A stretch of DNA of 63,719 nt, the filler included, from Octopus bimaculoides (taxonomy: Eukaryota), in the NCBI RefSeq assembly GCF_001194135.2. It is 6 parts of 6 records of this genome, joined end to end, with 100 filler letters (N's around TTAATTAATTAA, not from the genome) between each part and the next. Parts side by side here need not be neighbours in the genome. Positions count along the whole stretch, not along the records: positions 1 to 30,831 come from NC_068982.1; 5 more parts are not named here. One strand, written 5' to 3'. Below the pieces are notes generated by a model. That model ran no database searches. It saw nothing but the letters and a program-made list of their open reading frames with translations, and was not told the DNA's origin. The position numbers and the translations under genes are program-made. Positions within the stretch are counted from its first letter, which is position 1. Each line of letters opens with the position of its first letter. This document shows positions 1-12,541 of the stretch, piece by piece.

Positions 1-44
<44 letters not shown>

Positions 45-342
45 TATATGTAGGTGCAGACCGATGGCTGAAACTAGTAACAGAGTGCAGAGATTATAAA
101 TTTAGTAAGTGATTTTCACAGGACTTGCTCTAAAAGACATTCTCGATATTCTCTGAAGATTCGTTCTTAAATGTAACCATAGCGGTGCCACTAGCATTGT
201 TACAGTCCCTGGCTCAAGCCAATGAATGAATGTCTGTGGTCATGCATGTCTTTTATCACTTAAGTTGCCCTCTACATGACGCACTGAGTACTTTAATTCC
301 ATCTCTTACTTAAGAAATCTTCAACTACATCTATCTATCTAT

Positions 343-535
343 CTATCTATGGGAGAATTTACGAAAAAAAAACAACAACAGACGAGGACAGGTGGTGTAA
401 ACAACAAAAGGATGTATTAGTTTAACGCTCGGGAATACAGAAAGTCTTTAACGTTTCGAACTACGCTCTTCAACAGAAAGAAATACAAGGAGAAAAACAA
501 GGAGAAAAAATATTTAAATGTAGTGGTCAGCGATC
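343..535 (-). mobile_element. Short repeat family E carrying the hammerhead-like motif, inside a (TATC)n tract (Penelope-like terminal repeat candidate)
   Basis: Reverse complement closely matches 61691-61797 over about 100 bp; flanked on both sides by (TATC)n. Confidence 0.55.
445..481 (-). ncRNA. Minimal hammerhead-like motif (A6 replaced by T)
   Basis: Minus strand: TCTTT CTGTTGA A GAG cgtag TTC GAAA CGT T AAAGA; 5-bp stem I, palindromic ACGT stem III; one core mismatch. Confidence 0.45.
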
Positions 536-1569
536 TATCTATTTATCTATCTATCTATCTATCTATATATATATAGAAGCGTGTGTGTGTGTGTGTGTGT
601 GTGCGTGTGTTTGTGTGTGTGTGTGTGTGTGTGCGTGTGTGTGTGAAAGCATGCGGCAAAGTGGTTAGACCCGGTAGGCGTTGTGCTTTGTGCTTTTGAG
701 CAAAACACTTCATTTCACGTTGCTCCTACCGACTCACCTTTAAATGGGTATCCCTGCGACAGACTGGCTACCCTTCTGATCAGAGGGAATGCGAAGCGCA
801 TTGTGACCAGCGATGTATAGCAAAATCCGAATGTCTTTTCGATCATCCCATGTGTATTTATGCACACTCATCATACACACACACAGACATATATATGTAT
901 ATGTTTGTGCTTGTGCGTGTAATTTTAGATGTTTTTAAGACGATGTTCTTTGTGTGTTTCTAGAACGTTGAGTATTCTTCGATTGACATTTTGCTGCTAT
1001 TTCTATGAGGCCAATCAATTACATATTCGGCTTTTTTTCTGTTGTGTATTCGGAATTGGTGTATCGACAAAATCCTGCGGGTTCTTAGTTACTTCGCTTT
1101 ATTTTTCGAGTTCAAATACTGCGCTGGTCGCTTTTTTTATCATTCATTCTTGAGGAGCAGATCAATAAAATAAATACCAGTCAAATACTGGAGTTATCAA
1201 TCGACAACAAACTGGAAGCTGATGATCATTATGACGATGTAATCGATTGATTTTTAACGGGATTCGATTTCCATCGACTACCTCCAGTGAAGGCGGAATC
1301 CAATATCAAGTAGTTGAAAAATTTTGTCTAGAATGTTGTCATTATGAAAATTCATTAGTGGAAAATTTTATTTCTCCTAAATTATCACGCGGTTTCAAAT
1401 ATTTTGAAAGATATACAATGCAGATACAATATCGATTTTTCGGAAACTTTAGTTTCAAAGACTTACCGGATTAATGACTTTTCCGAACAAGGAGTGGTCA
1501 CCTTGGTCAACGCATTCCAAATAAAAGAAAAAGGAAATTTACTGAAATATTTAAAATGAACTATAAGCT

Positions 1570-1770
1570 TCAGGTTTTGGCACAAAGCCAGGAAGTTTGG
1601 GGCGGTGGGGAGGGGGGGGGTCGATAACATCGATCTCAGTGCTCAACTGGTACTTAATCTTATCGGCCCCGAAAGGATAAAAGCTGAAAGCGACATCGGT
1701 GGAGTTTGAACTCAGAACGTAAAGACGGACGAAATGCCGCTAAGCATTTTGCTCGACGTGCTGGCCGCCT
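1570..1770 (-). mobile_element. SINE family B
   Basis: ctggtacttaat...ccccgaaaggat...gaactcagaacgtaaagac core. Confidence 0.75.
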
Positions 1771-2321
1771 TAATTAAATGAAATATAGGTACCTGTACAT
1801 TAGTAGAAACGCTAAATGTTTATTAATACTGTACTGTGCAAGTTGTAGTCTATGCAAGGTACCAGCAAGCAAATTTGGTGGCCGCTAGAATTTGAAGTTC
1901 TTGCTCGTAAATAAGTACGGATTATAAGAAGTTCCGGAACATCAGTGTCTAGAAAGTCGGTTTCGTATCAGTAATCTATTATTTCTTTATTTTCCATTAA
2001 AATTCGCTTATATTCATATGAAATCGTGTATAGTTAAGAAAAGCTCTATTAATATTTGCAATAATACCAGGAGAAAATGATACATGGCATAATACATATT
2101 GACAATATTTTTATTTATTTTAAACGTACATTTTTATGAGACTCACTGCAAAACGTAGATTATTAAAAATAACAGTAGACTTATACAAACTGTTGTGTGT
2201 GTGTGTATGTGTGTGTGTGTGTGTGTGTTTGCATGTGTGTGTGTAATTGTAAGATCCAAAGATCTAGGTGTAGGAAGTTAATAAGCTTCGAGCAGTCCGT
2301 GATAGGTATAAAAAACAATTT

Positions 2322-2322
<1 letters not shown>

Positions 2323-2376
<54 letters not shown>

Positions 2377-2390
2377 GTCTGTCTGTCGGA

Positions 2391-2433
<43 letters not shown>

Positions 2434-2435
2434 AC

Positions 2436-2501
<66 letters not shown>
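2323..2501. repeat. (TATC)n abutting (GATA)n: inverted microsatellite. Dozens of other TA, CA, TATG, TATC, AAG, AAT, AGT tracts occur across the window
   Basis: Read directly; symmetry centre at 2434-2435. Confidence 0.9.
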
Positions 2502-2592
2502 TACGTGATTGTGTGGCTGTATGTATGGCGTGGAGAGAGGTGGGCGGAATAGGAGGGGTATAAAAGATCAGAAGAAAGAAAGAAAGAAAAAG

Positions 2593-2631
<39 letters not shown>

Positions 2632-3499
2632 AATAAAGAAAGAAAGAAAGAAAGAAAGAAAGCGGGATAGATCACTAGGAAGGGGAAACTTTGAATTAAT
2701 AAAATATTAAGGCGTTAACCGAAAACAAGACCTCTGGGGAAAAAAGGAAACGGTCGAAAGATATGGGGGATGCGCAAGATGTAGTACCGTCGAGTAGTGT
2801 GGAATAGGCTCTTTAGGCGAGGCAGGAGAAGGAAAGAGTCCTGAAAGTGAGGAATGGAAAGAGAGGAAAAGAATAGAGTGTATAATTGCTCGAAGAACTG
2901 GAGAAGCACATACAGACTCTTTCTCTCTCTCTCTCACTCACTCTCTCTCTCTCTCCCTCTCTCTCTCTTCCCCTTTATCTCTCTCTCTCCTTCCATCCCT
3001 CCGTCCATCTCTCCCTCTCTCTTTCGCTCTTTCTCTCTTACTCTCTCCCACTCGCACGCGCACATACACAAACCGATAATGTCGCTACAATGAACGTACG
3101 TGCTAAAAGGTTTTACTGCTCTGTGAGCGCCTCAGACAATTGAAGCTATTTACGATAAGTAAAANNNNNNNNNNNNNNNNNNNNNNNNNNNNNNNNNNNN
3201 NNNNNNNNNNNNNNNNNNNNNNNNNNNNNNNNNNNNNNNNNNNNNNNNNNNNNNNNNNNNNNNNNNNNNNNNNNNNNNNNNNNNNNNNNNNNNNNNNNNN
3301 NNNNNNNNNNNNNNNNNNNNNNNNNNNNNNNNNNNNNNNNNNNNNNNNNNNNNNNNNNNNNNNNNNNNNNNNNNNNNNNNNNNNNNNNNNNNNNNNNNNN
3401 NNNNNNNNNNNNNNNNNNNNNNNNNNNNNNNNNNNNNNNNNNNNNNNATATATATATAGCATATATATGTTTATATATATATGCGTGTATGTATATATG

Positions 3500-3556
<57 letters not shown>

Positions 3557-3559
3557 ATG

Positions 3560-4341
3560 TATATATGGGTACAAATGAGTTCAATATGCAAACAACGAGA
3601 GAAACAAATAGAAAGCAAGACAAGTAACATAAAGAACGGCCCTTCATCAGTACCAAAATAAAATTTAGGATTTATGGCGGGTCAAAGTTGGGAACAAAAA
3701 CAGGACAGTGGAGACATACAAGGAAACCGAACGAAAACAAACATGGAGGGTCGTCAGACCAGAACGAGGGTAAAATAGCGAACGCGGGAGAAATATCTTC
3801 TTTGAAAAGAGAAAAGATAGAAGAGAGAGGTAGAATACGTCCAGTCCTTAGGACAGTCTTGAAGGAAAAGGAATATGATCACGCGAGGAAAAGAAAGATG
3901 GACGATAGTCACGTGTGAGCAACGATGGAGAGAGAGACAGACGGAGAGGGAGACAGATAGAAAACAGTGAAAAAGATGGTGGAGAAAACAGTATAGAGTA
4001 GAGTCGCATCAAAAAGATTAAGATAAACTTATTTGGAAATGGATGCGTGGCGTTAACCTTGAAATCAATTGATATGTAATTGAACCGTTTCATGAATTTG
4101 TTTCGTTTATTTACACGAGTACGATGCGTGTTATTTTTATGGTGATATGTTCGGTAGTTTTCAGACATTAGCGTCTCTTTCTAGCAAGCAGTTGGACTCG
4201 TATTCGTAGTGTCCCCTCCCGATATATATTTTTATTTATCAATTTATAAATCAATTAATTTTACCTCAACCAGTTGATTGCAGGCTAGACACCTGTTAAA
4301 GTCCAACGTAGATTTTATCTTCATTTTTTTAAATAAAAACA

Positions 4342-4373
<32 letters not shown>

Positions 4374-5070
4374 ATTAGTTCATATTCCACGTACTCGTAC
4401 TTCGTATTTCTTGTACCTGTATCGTGACGTCCTGTGCCCACATACACATATGCATATATATACGTATAGACGTATAGATGTAAGTATGTACATATACGTA
4501 AGTATATATGCATATATATTTATTGTTTATATTATGTTATGATTGAACGCCACACATCCTCTTCTAAGTAAGTTTTATCTTAATAATTCTGATGCGCACT
4601 CTATTCTATCTTTATTTTTGCGTTTTTTCTTTCTTACTTCTCTTATTCTTCTACCTTCTCTTGTCTTCCTCCTGTTTTTCTCACTTATCTTATCTCCAAT
4701 TTTTTCCTGTCCCCTTCACTCCCTTTCTTTCACTCTTCTTCCCTTGCTCACGTGGCCACCACGTGTCCATCGGCCATCTTTCTTTCTCCTCCTACGAGTA
4801 CAACAAGAAATACGAAGTACGAGTACATGGAATATGAACTATTTTTTCGAACAACGAAAAACAGAAATGCAAAAACAACATAAAGAACGGCCCTTCATCA
4901 GTTGTTGGCTATTTCACTACTCTCGTTGTTCTTCTCCCCTTCACAGCGTACTGTCTCTCTCCCTTACTCTTCCTCCCTTTCTCACGTTGCCCCACGTGAC
5001 CATCGACTATCTTTCTTTCTTCTCCTAACATGTGTTTCTTTCTTCTCCTAACATGTGTTTCTTTCTTCCT
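3560..5070. repeat. Two interleaved, partly inverted copies of an unclassified repeat (family G)
   Basis: 4003-4060 is the reverse complement of 4545-4602; 4375-4420 of 4785-4835; a 25-mer is identical at 3627-3651 and 4878-4902; further pieces at 11510-11570, 12180-12400, 30680-30830. Confidence 0.65.
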
Positions 5071-5416
5071 CTCCGTTGTAGCTGGATCAAAGAAGATGTG
5101 TCCTTGTTTGTCTCCTGTCGAAGCTTGATTTACGCGTTCGCCACCACAACCTTGTCTAGGCTTAGCAGCACTTCCTGCTTGGTTTCACTGTCCTGTTTTT
5201 GTTACCAATTTTAACCCTCCGCAAAATCTCTAATTTTATTTAATTTACTTTGTGGGAGCAACTGTTTTATCTAAAGCGTATCTTGTTGTGAAATGCTCGA
5301 AATCCGAGAGTAGAGAAACAGGTATGTCATACATGCCATGAATGGTAAATAACTGCGTAGAAGCCCGTTGTAATAAATGTGTATGTATGTGCGTGCGTGT
5401 GTGTATGTGTGTGCGT

Positions 5417-5503
<87 letters not shown>

Positions 5504-6258
5504 CTTTCTACTTGAGTTTGTATCCCACTCCATCACTTCAGTGTAGATTTGTTTAAGCGCATATACCTAGCAGTTCAGTAAAACAACCGGCTAGAAAAAG
5601 CACCAGACTTAAAAAATATATAGCGGGATAGGCTTGTTCGATTTGAATCTCTTACAGCAGGTACCTCGTAATGGCTGTAATCCAATGGCTGAAATAAAAG
5701 ATAGAAGATGAATATGGTACTCGTATAATTCTCCACAAAAATAAAAAAAGGATTAAATCCTGGATCATGCATCTGACACGAATTTTATTATCTGTCAAGT
5801 AATTGTACGAATTCTGCAGTATGAAACTTATAGAGCAGTAATGCTATCTACTGATAGACCGGCATATATAAATAAATATAGAAATGCTTCAGAAATTTAC
5901 AATATACTCATGGTGATATTACATGACGAACACTTTAGGTATTCATGCAATTTGATGAAAAAGAGTGGCATTACCAATAGTATGATGATATATATTAAAA
6001 TTGCTGGCAACAGATCTAAATTCTTTCTTATTACTCTCTCATTAATTCAATTTGCCAGCTACAATTATGATAACATCTTCATGATACTTCATTTCACACT
6101 ACTGATAATTATCCCAATTTTAATTTACCTAATCCATTAGCTAATCAATGGAATAGTACGCATGGCATATATACGTACATACATACTTATATTCATACAT
6201 ATATGTATATGTATAGCCATACGTACACATATTTACATAAATACATACACACACACCC

Positions 6259-6292
<34 letters not shown>

Positions 6293-6293
6293 G

Positions 6294-6358
<65 letters not shown>

Positions 6359-6651
6359 CTATGCACTTATGCTTATATGTGCGAGAATGTGTGCAAGTGT
6401 GTTTATAGAAATGAGTGTATATATCCGTTTGTCATTTTACCGTTAATACACCACACCAGCCACGAGCCTTTAATCAAACCACCATTTTCACCAATTGGTT
6501 TCTTATCATTGTCCAAAAGTTATTTGATGGTTTCTTTGATGTGGTGCATGCATTTATTCGTTTATGCGTGAATATATCTACGCATTTATTTATATATATC
6601 TGTGTGTATATCTGTAAGAGTATAAATGTATATATGTATATGTATGTATGC

Positions 6652-6684
<33 letters not shown>

Positions 6685-7074
6685 TGTATGTATGTATGTA
6701 TGTATGTATCACACATAATCATAGCTGTTTCCGCATGCAATTGAACAACTATGTATATATTGATGTAGTACTTGTCAGTAATTTTTTGGTCTTTTTGTTT
6801 TTAATGCATTCATCGATCTTATTTATTTGCCAGTTTTTGTAAGTTCTACCGTTTGTAATCTATTAAGAATAAGAACAAGGACAACAAGAATAACAAGAAT
6901 AAATGTTCACAGCTCATGACAATAATAACCAAACAACTTCCTCACATACGGCCATTTAGAGTACAACACCGAAACGTGTAGTTTGGACGTAGGGGTTTTT
7001 CAAAGAAGAATCAATATATACAAAGGTACCTTAAAGAACAACTTCATTTACATATATTCATGCATACATGAGAG

Positions 7075-7365
7075 ACTCCCTTCAGTCATGAATGACCATG
7101 GGATTGCACCTAGAAAGTTCCCCTCCAAGGTACGAGTCCGGGCAAATTTGTTTATTGGAAGGCCAGCAGTCGCCCATGCACACCAGCCTATTCCTCTCCA
7201 TGCCACCGATGTCATCCAAGGGAAAGGCAAAGGCCGATACAGCTTGGCACTAGTGACGTCGCGACTCATTTCCACAACTGAGTGAACTGGGGCAATGTGA
7301 AATAAAGTGCCTTGCTCAAGAACACAGCACAGTCCAGTTGGAGAATCGAACTCACTACCTCATGA
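7075..7365 (-). mobile_element. tRNA-type SINE (further family; related heads at 650-830 + and 38230-38462 -)
   Basis: Minus-strand head gagttcgattc...gttcttgagcaaggcactttatttcac; similar cttgagcaa...catttcacgttg block in the other two copies. Confidence 0.6.
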
Positions 7366-8114
7366 TACATACATACATACATACATACATATACACATGC
7401 AGACATGCCTGCAAAATAGGGGTAGTTCATCCTGTTCAGGCTATATTATTGGCATTATCCTGCGTTTGAGAATTTAAAATCACTTCTTTAACTTTCTAAG
7501 ACATCTCAACGCTTCTAAAAGCAAACTTCGTTTGTTTGTTTACGTTTATCGTAATTTGAATTTATCATATCTATAAAAGCCGAGANNNNNNNNNNNNNNN
7601 NNNNNNNNNNNNNNNNNNNNNNNNNNNNNNNNNNNNNNNNNNNNNNNNNNNNNNNNNNNNNNNNNNNNNNNNNNNNNNNNNNNNNNNNNNNNNNNNNNNN
7701 NNNNNNNNNNNNNNNNNNNNNNNNNNNNNNNNNNNNNNNNNNNNNNNNNNNNNNNNNNNNNNNNNNNNNNNNNNNNNNNNNNNNNNNNNNNNNNNNNNNN
7801 NNNNNNNNNNNNNNNNNNNNNNNNNNNNNNNNNNNNNNNNNNNNNNNNNNNNNNNNNNNNNNNNNNNNNNNNNNNNNNNNNNNNNNNNNNNNNNNNNNNN
7901 NNNNNNNNNNNNTTTAAGTTTGTTGACATGGCAAAGTCAAATTTGTACATAAATACGAGGAGGTAACTTATACAGGAATTTTTTAATTGCTATTTCCTCT
8001 TCGTTTGTCCTGCAAGAAAATGCGTTCAACTCTGATTAATAGGATTATACTAGAACACTTGTGTGTGTGTGTGTGTGTATATGTGTATGCATGTGGTCGT
8101 GCGTGCGTGCGTGC

Positions 8115-8149
<35 letters not shown>

Positions 8150-9284
8150 GTGTGTGCGTGTGTGTGTTAATGTGTGCTCTAATGTACACATGTGACACAA
8201 GAGTATATTTTGTGGATGTATGTGTATCTTATCATTTATGGAGTTTCTACAGGGTTAGAACATATATTAGTCCTAATATGGGAGATCGAGTGCTGAAAGT
8301 CCACGTTGTCGACTAAGACGAATTTGCATTTAGTTTATTTTTAATTTTCTTAAACCATTCAATGGCTGGGCTGCTATATATCAATTGGGTGATATTTGAA
8401 GAGACTCTGATATATGATATATGATAGATTTACTGATTATGCCCATTTCGTGTTTTGTGGGATTTATTGAACTGCTGTCTGGGTTTTCCGTGAAATTACA
8501 TTTATGGTCCTTCGAGGTTACAAAAGGTTTTTGTAGGATGAGTCGTTCTACACTACTCTATCTTTGAGGTTAAATTTTATGGCTAGTTTTTGCCTCATCG
8601 TTGGTTAAATTATAGTTTCTTTTTTTGTTTTGGTTATGTTATCGATTAACAAATTATGCGTTCGGTTATCTACCTCATAAACATTTTTGTTCTATCTGGT
8701 TTTTAAAATGGGTCTAGAAAGTTCTTAAAAGTTTCAAGAAATGCCTATAATTTATGTTGTGTACTATAGCTGAATTTAACATATTAAACTAATTTTACTA
8801 GATCATTTTCAAATCTACCTAAATCCTTGATAAATGGTACTTTTTTTTTATAAAAGATTTGAAACTGAAACTCTCCTCTAAATGAGGGCTGGACAAAGCT
8901 TTACTGAGAAATAAGCCTTCCATTTAGTTTTTCTCAGAGTGTTTTCTCTCCTAACGATGAGATACTTGACGTAGGCTTTCCTTGACGGAATAGTAGCCTT
9001 TTGCAGGGAGGTTTTCACTTTGTAATTTTCTCCGGCTTGTTTCAAGCACGTATTTGAAAAACTGCGGAGAAGAGTTGCAGAAATCGAATACGAAGAAACA
9101 AAGTTATAGAATAACAGATTAAAATAAAAGTCAAGAAACGTCCAAGTGGGAGTACAGTCATCTGGAAAACAATTAGGAGAATTCCACACATTGTTAAATG
9201 CATGTGTCCTCTCCTATTTGTGTTCTGTCAACAGGCGGATGTTGAGAAGAACAAAAATGGGGCAAGAAAATAGCGGCATAATGA

Positions 9285-9375
9285 AAATAAAAGCAGGAAA
9301 CGTTAATGAAAAGCAGGAAACGTTAATGAAAAGCAGGAAACGTTAATGAAAAGCAGGAAACGTTAATAAAAGCAA
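9285..9375 (+). repeat. 20-bp minisatellite (AATGAAAAGCAGGAAACGTT) x about 4
   Basis: Read directly. Confidence 0.9.
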
Positions 9376-9643
9376 GGAATACAACAACAGTGGGAAGAGG
9401 ATAATCAGAATAACACAGAAGTCGGATTACTTTTGCCGTGAAAGTCAGGTGACTTGACAACCATATACACCAGCGTGCAGGCGTATCTTGAGAGAAGACC
9501 CGACTCATAAAGGATTAAACACAAAGTCAAAACTTTCGTGTAAGGATATCATCAATTAGATAAATGATGGTTATTAAATTTTTGAGCAAGTAGAAGTCGG
9601 GAAGATTACAACTCGAAAAGTTGATGAATCAAATTTACTATAA

Positions 9644-10050
9644 TACTCTTTACTCTTTTACTTGTTTCAGTCATTTGATTGCGGCCATGCTGGAACACCG
9701 CCTTTAGTCGAGAAAATCGACCCCAGGACTTATTCTTTGTAAGCCTAGTACTTATTCTATCGGTCTCTTTTTGCCGAACCGCTAAGTTACGGGTACATAA
9801 ACGCACCAGCATCAGTTGTCAAGCGATGGTCGGGGGACAAACACAGACACACAAACACACACACATATATATACATATACATATATACGACGGGCTTCTT
9901 TCAGTTTCCGTCTACTCAAATCCACTCACAAGGCTTTGGTCGGGCCGAGGCTATAGTAGAAGACACTTGCTCAAGGTGCCACGCAGTGGGACTGAACCTG
10001 GTACCATGTGGTTGGTAAGCAAGCTACTTACCACACAGCCACTCCTGCGC
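9644..10050 (-). mobile_element. SINE family A, full length (tRNA-like head, internal TA/TG microsatellite, GTAAAAGA tail)
   Basis: Head gcaggagtggctgtgtggtaag...ggttcagtccc; TAATACT on both flanks (9641-9647, 10052-10058) is a possible target-site duplication. Matches many other copies in the window. Confidence 0.85.
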
Positions 10051-10519
10051 TTAATACTGTAAGCCATTGAAAACTAATGTCGAAAATATTGATGGGTATC
10101 TATCGCAAATTTGGTCGCTGTTGTTGTTGTTGTTGTTGTTGTTCTGTTTTGTGCTTCTTGATCATAATCTTGTTCGTGTTCTTGTTCGTCTCCTACCCTC
10201 TTCTTGTTGCTCTCCTTTTCGCTACTTTTGTTATCATTTTTGTTGCCGCTGCTCACGTGACTGACTAAATTGTCAGCTTCATTATCATTATAGACATTGC
10301 CAACATCATCCCCGATATTCCCTTCAACGTTGTCGTGATTATCATGGTCGTTGTCTCCATTTCCCCACGCATCAACCCTCAAATATTTCCTTTCCAGCCT
10401 ACCCTTCCTTTCATCCTCGCTTCCTACCAACTTACTCTTTTAATACCAACCACCACCGCCGTCTTGACCACCACCAATAGTGCACATGCACACACACACA
10501 CACACACACNNNNNNNNNN

Positions 10520-10589
<70 letters not shown>

Positions 10590-11074
10590 CAAACCTCTAT
10601 GCGTGTGTGAATATATATATGCGTGTCTGCGTGGGTGTATATGTATGTATATATAACGGGGAGCACATACATATATAGATGCAACATTACATACATGTAA
10701 GCATACACACTCATTCATATACATATATAAATGTGCGCATATATATATATATATGTGTGTGTCCATGTGCATATGCGTGTGTTTGCGTGTGTGTGTGTGT
10801 GCGTGCGTGTTTGTGTGTCTGTGTGCGAGTGCATGTGTGTGCGTGAGTGTGCGTTTGCATCTATCTTTGATGTCTACAACAATCAAATGACCACCTCATC
10901 AATTCCGAAATAATACCCGACTTACTACTAATTTTACTAATTTCCATTTCTATTTCTCGCTTCTTTCCTTTCCAATCTTTTCATTTCTTTTGTATTTTTA
11001 TCGTTTGCATCGATACAGCTTTCTTCTTCTTCTTCTTCTTCTTCTTCTTCTTCTTCTTCTTCTTNNNNNNNNNN

Positions 11075-11419
11075 AGTACTATCATTGCCTTTGCACAGCT
11101 TCTAACGCTGCAGATGTACTACGTTACCAGATGTTCACTACCAGGGAACTAAGGTAACATCCCTTATTGTTCGAGCACCATCCGGAGTATTCGAGCGGTT
11201 CCAAGCAGTACTGCTTTCTGCAAATGCTCTACCCTTATTGCAGCCCCTATTTGTTCCATTTCCTTCTCAAGATTTTTACTCACTGTTCCCAGGGCTCCGA
11301 CTGTTATTAGGTCTCTTATATTCTTTCTGGGCTAGTGGCATACATTGACTGGTAATATGCCATATGGTTTCACCATTTTGTCTACAAACTCTGCACTTAT
11401 CACTTTCTGATGTGTTGTC

Positions 11420-11420
<1 letters not shown>
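11075..11420 (-). mobile_element. 3' end of an RLE-type non-LTR retrotransposon (R4/Dong-like) with internal deletion
   Basis: Minus strand: DNTSESDKCRVCRQNGETIWHITSQCMPLAQKEYKR (CCHC knuckle) fused near 11312 to VGALGTVSKNLEKEMEQIGAAIRVEHLQKAVLLGTARILRMVLEQ* (stop 11164-11166), then a short 3' UTR. Confidence 0.8.
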
Positions 11421-11482
<62 letters not shown>

Positions 11483-12496
11483 CATCATCATCACCACTAT
11501 TATATGAGCGAACGCCACGCATCCTTTTCCAAGTAAGTTTTATCTTAATAATTACGATGCGCACTCTTCTACTATCTCTTCTCTGTCTATCTCTCTCCCT
11601 CTCTTGTTCTTAATTCTTTCTNNNNNNNNNNNNNNNNNNNNNNNNNNNNNNNNNNNNNNNNNNNNNNNNNNNNNNNNNNNNNNNNNNNNNNNNNNNNNNN
11701 NNNNNNNNNNNNNNNNNNNNNNNNNNNNNNNNNNNNNNNNNNNNNNNNNNNNNNNNNNNNNNNNNNNNNNNNNNNNNNNNNNNNNNNNNNNNNNNNNNNN
11801 NNNNNNNNNNNNNNNNNNNNNNNNNNNNNNNNNNNNNNNNNNNNNNNNNNNNNNNNNNNNNNNNNNNNNNNNNNNNNNNNNNNNNNNNNNNNNNNNNNNN
11901 NNNNNNNNNNNNNNNNNNNNNNNNNNNNNNNNNNNNNNNNNNNNNNNNNNNNNNNNNNNNNNNNNNNNNNNNNNNNNNNNNNNNNNNNNNNNNNNNNNNN
12001 NNNNNNNNNNNNNNNNNNNNNNNNNNNNNNNNNNNNNNNNNNNNNNNNNNNNNNNNNNNNNNNNNNNNNNNNNNNNNNNNNNNNNNNNNNNNNNNNNNNN
12101 NNNNNNNNNNNNNNNNNNNNNNNNNNNNNNNNNNNNNNNNNNNNNNNNNNNNNNNNNNNNNNNNNNNNNNNNNNNNNNNGTTGTTCGAAAAAAAGTTCGT
12201 TTTCTATGTTTTCGCTTTTATGTTTTCGTTTCTCATTGTGCCTAGCGTTTTTTTTTTGATGACCTGTACCCATATATGCATGTATGTATACATATAGATG
12301 TAGGTATGTATATATATATATGGATATATGCATATATTTATATATTATTTATATCATTATATGATCGAAAGGCAGGCATCCTTTTCCAAGTAAGTTTTGT
12401 CTATCTATCTTTATGTATCTATCTGTCTGTCTATTTGGCTGTCTACAACCTATCTATACATCTGTCGGTCTGTTTGTCTATCTGGCTGTCTACAAC

Positions 12497-12541
<45 letters not shown>

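Noticed and set aside
4820-4910. CTGATGA...TTCGAAA in family G (minus strand)
   Set aside because: Stem II is only wobble pairs around a long loop and stem I does not pair.
9990-10050. tRNA genes
   Set aside because: A- and B-box-like heads all continue into SINE bodies and do not fold into complete cloverleafs.
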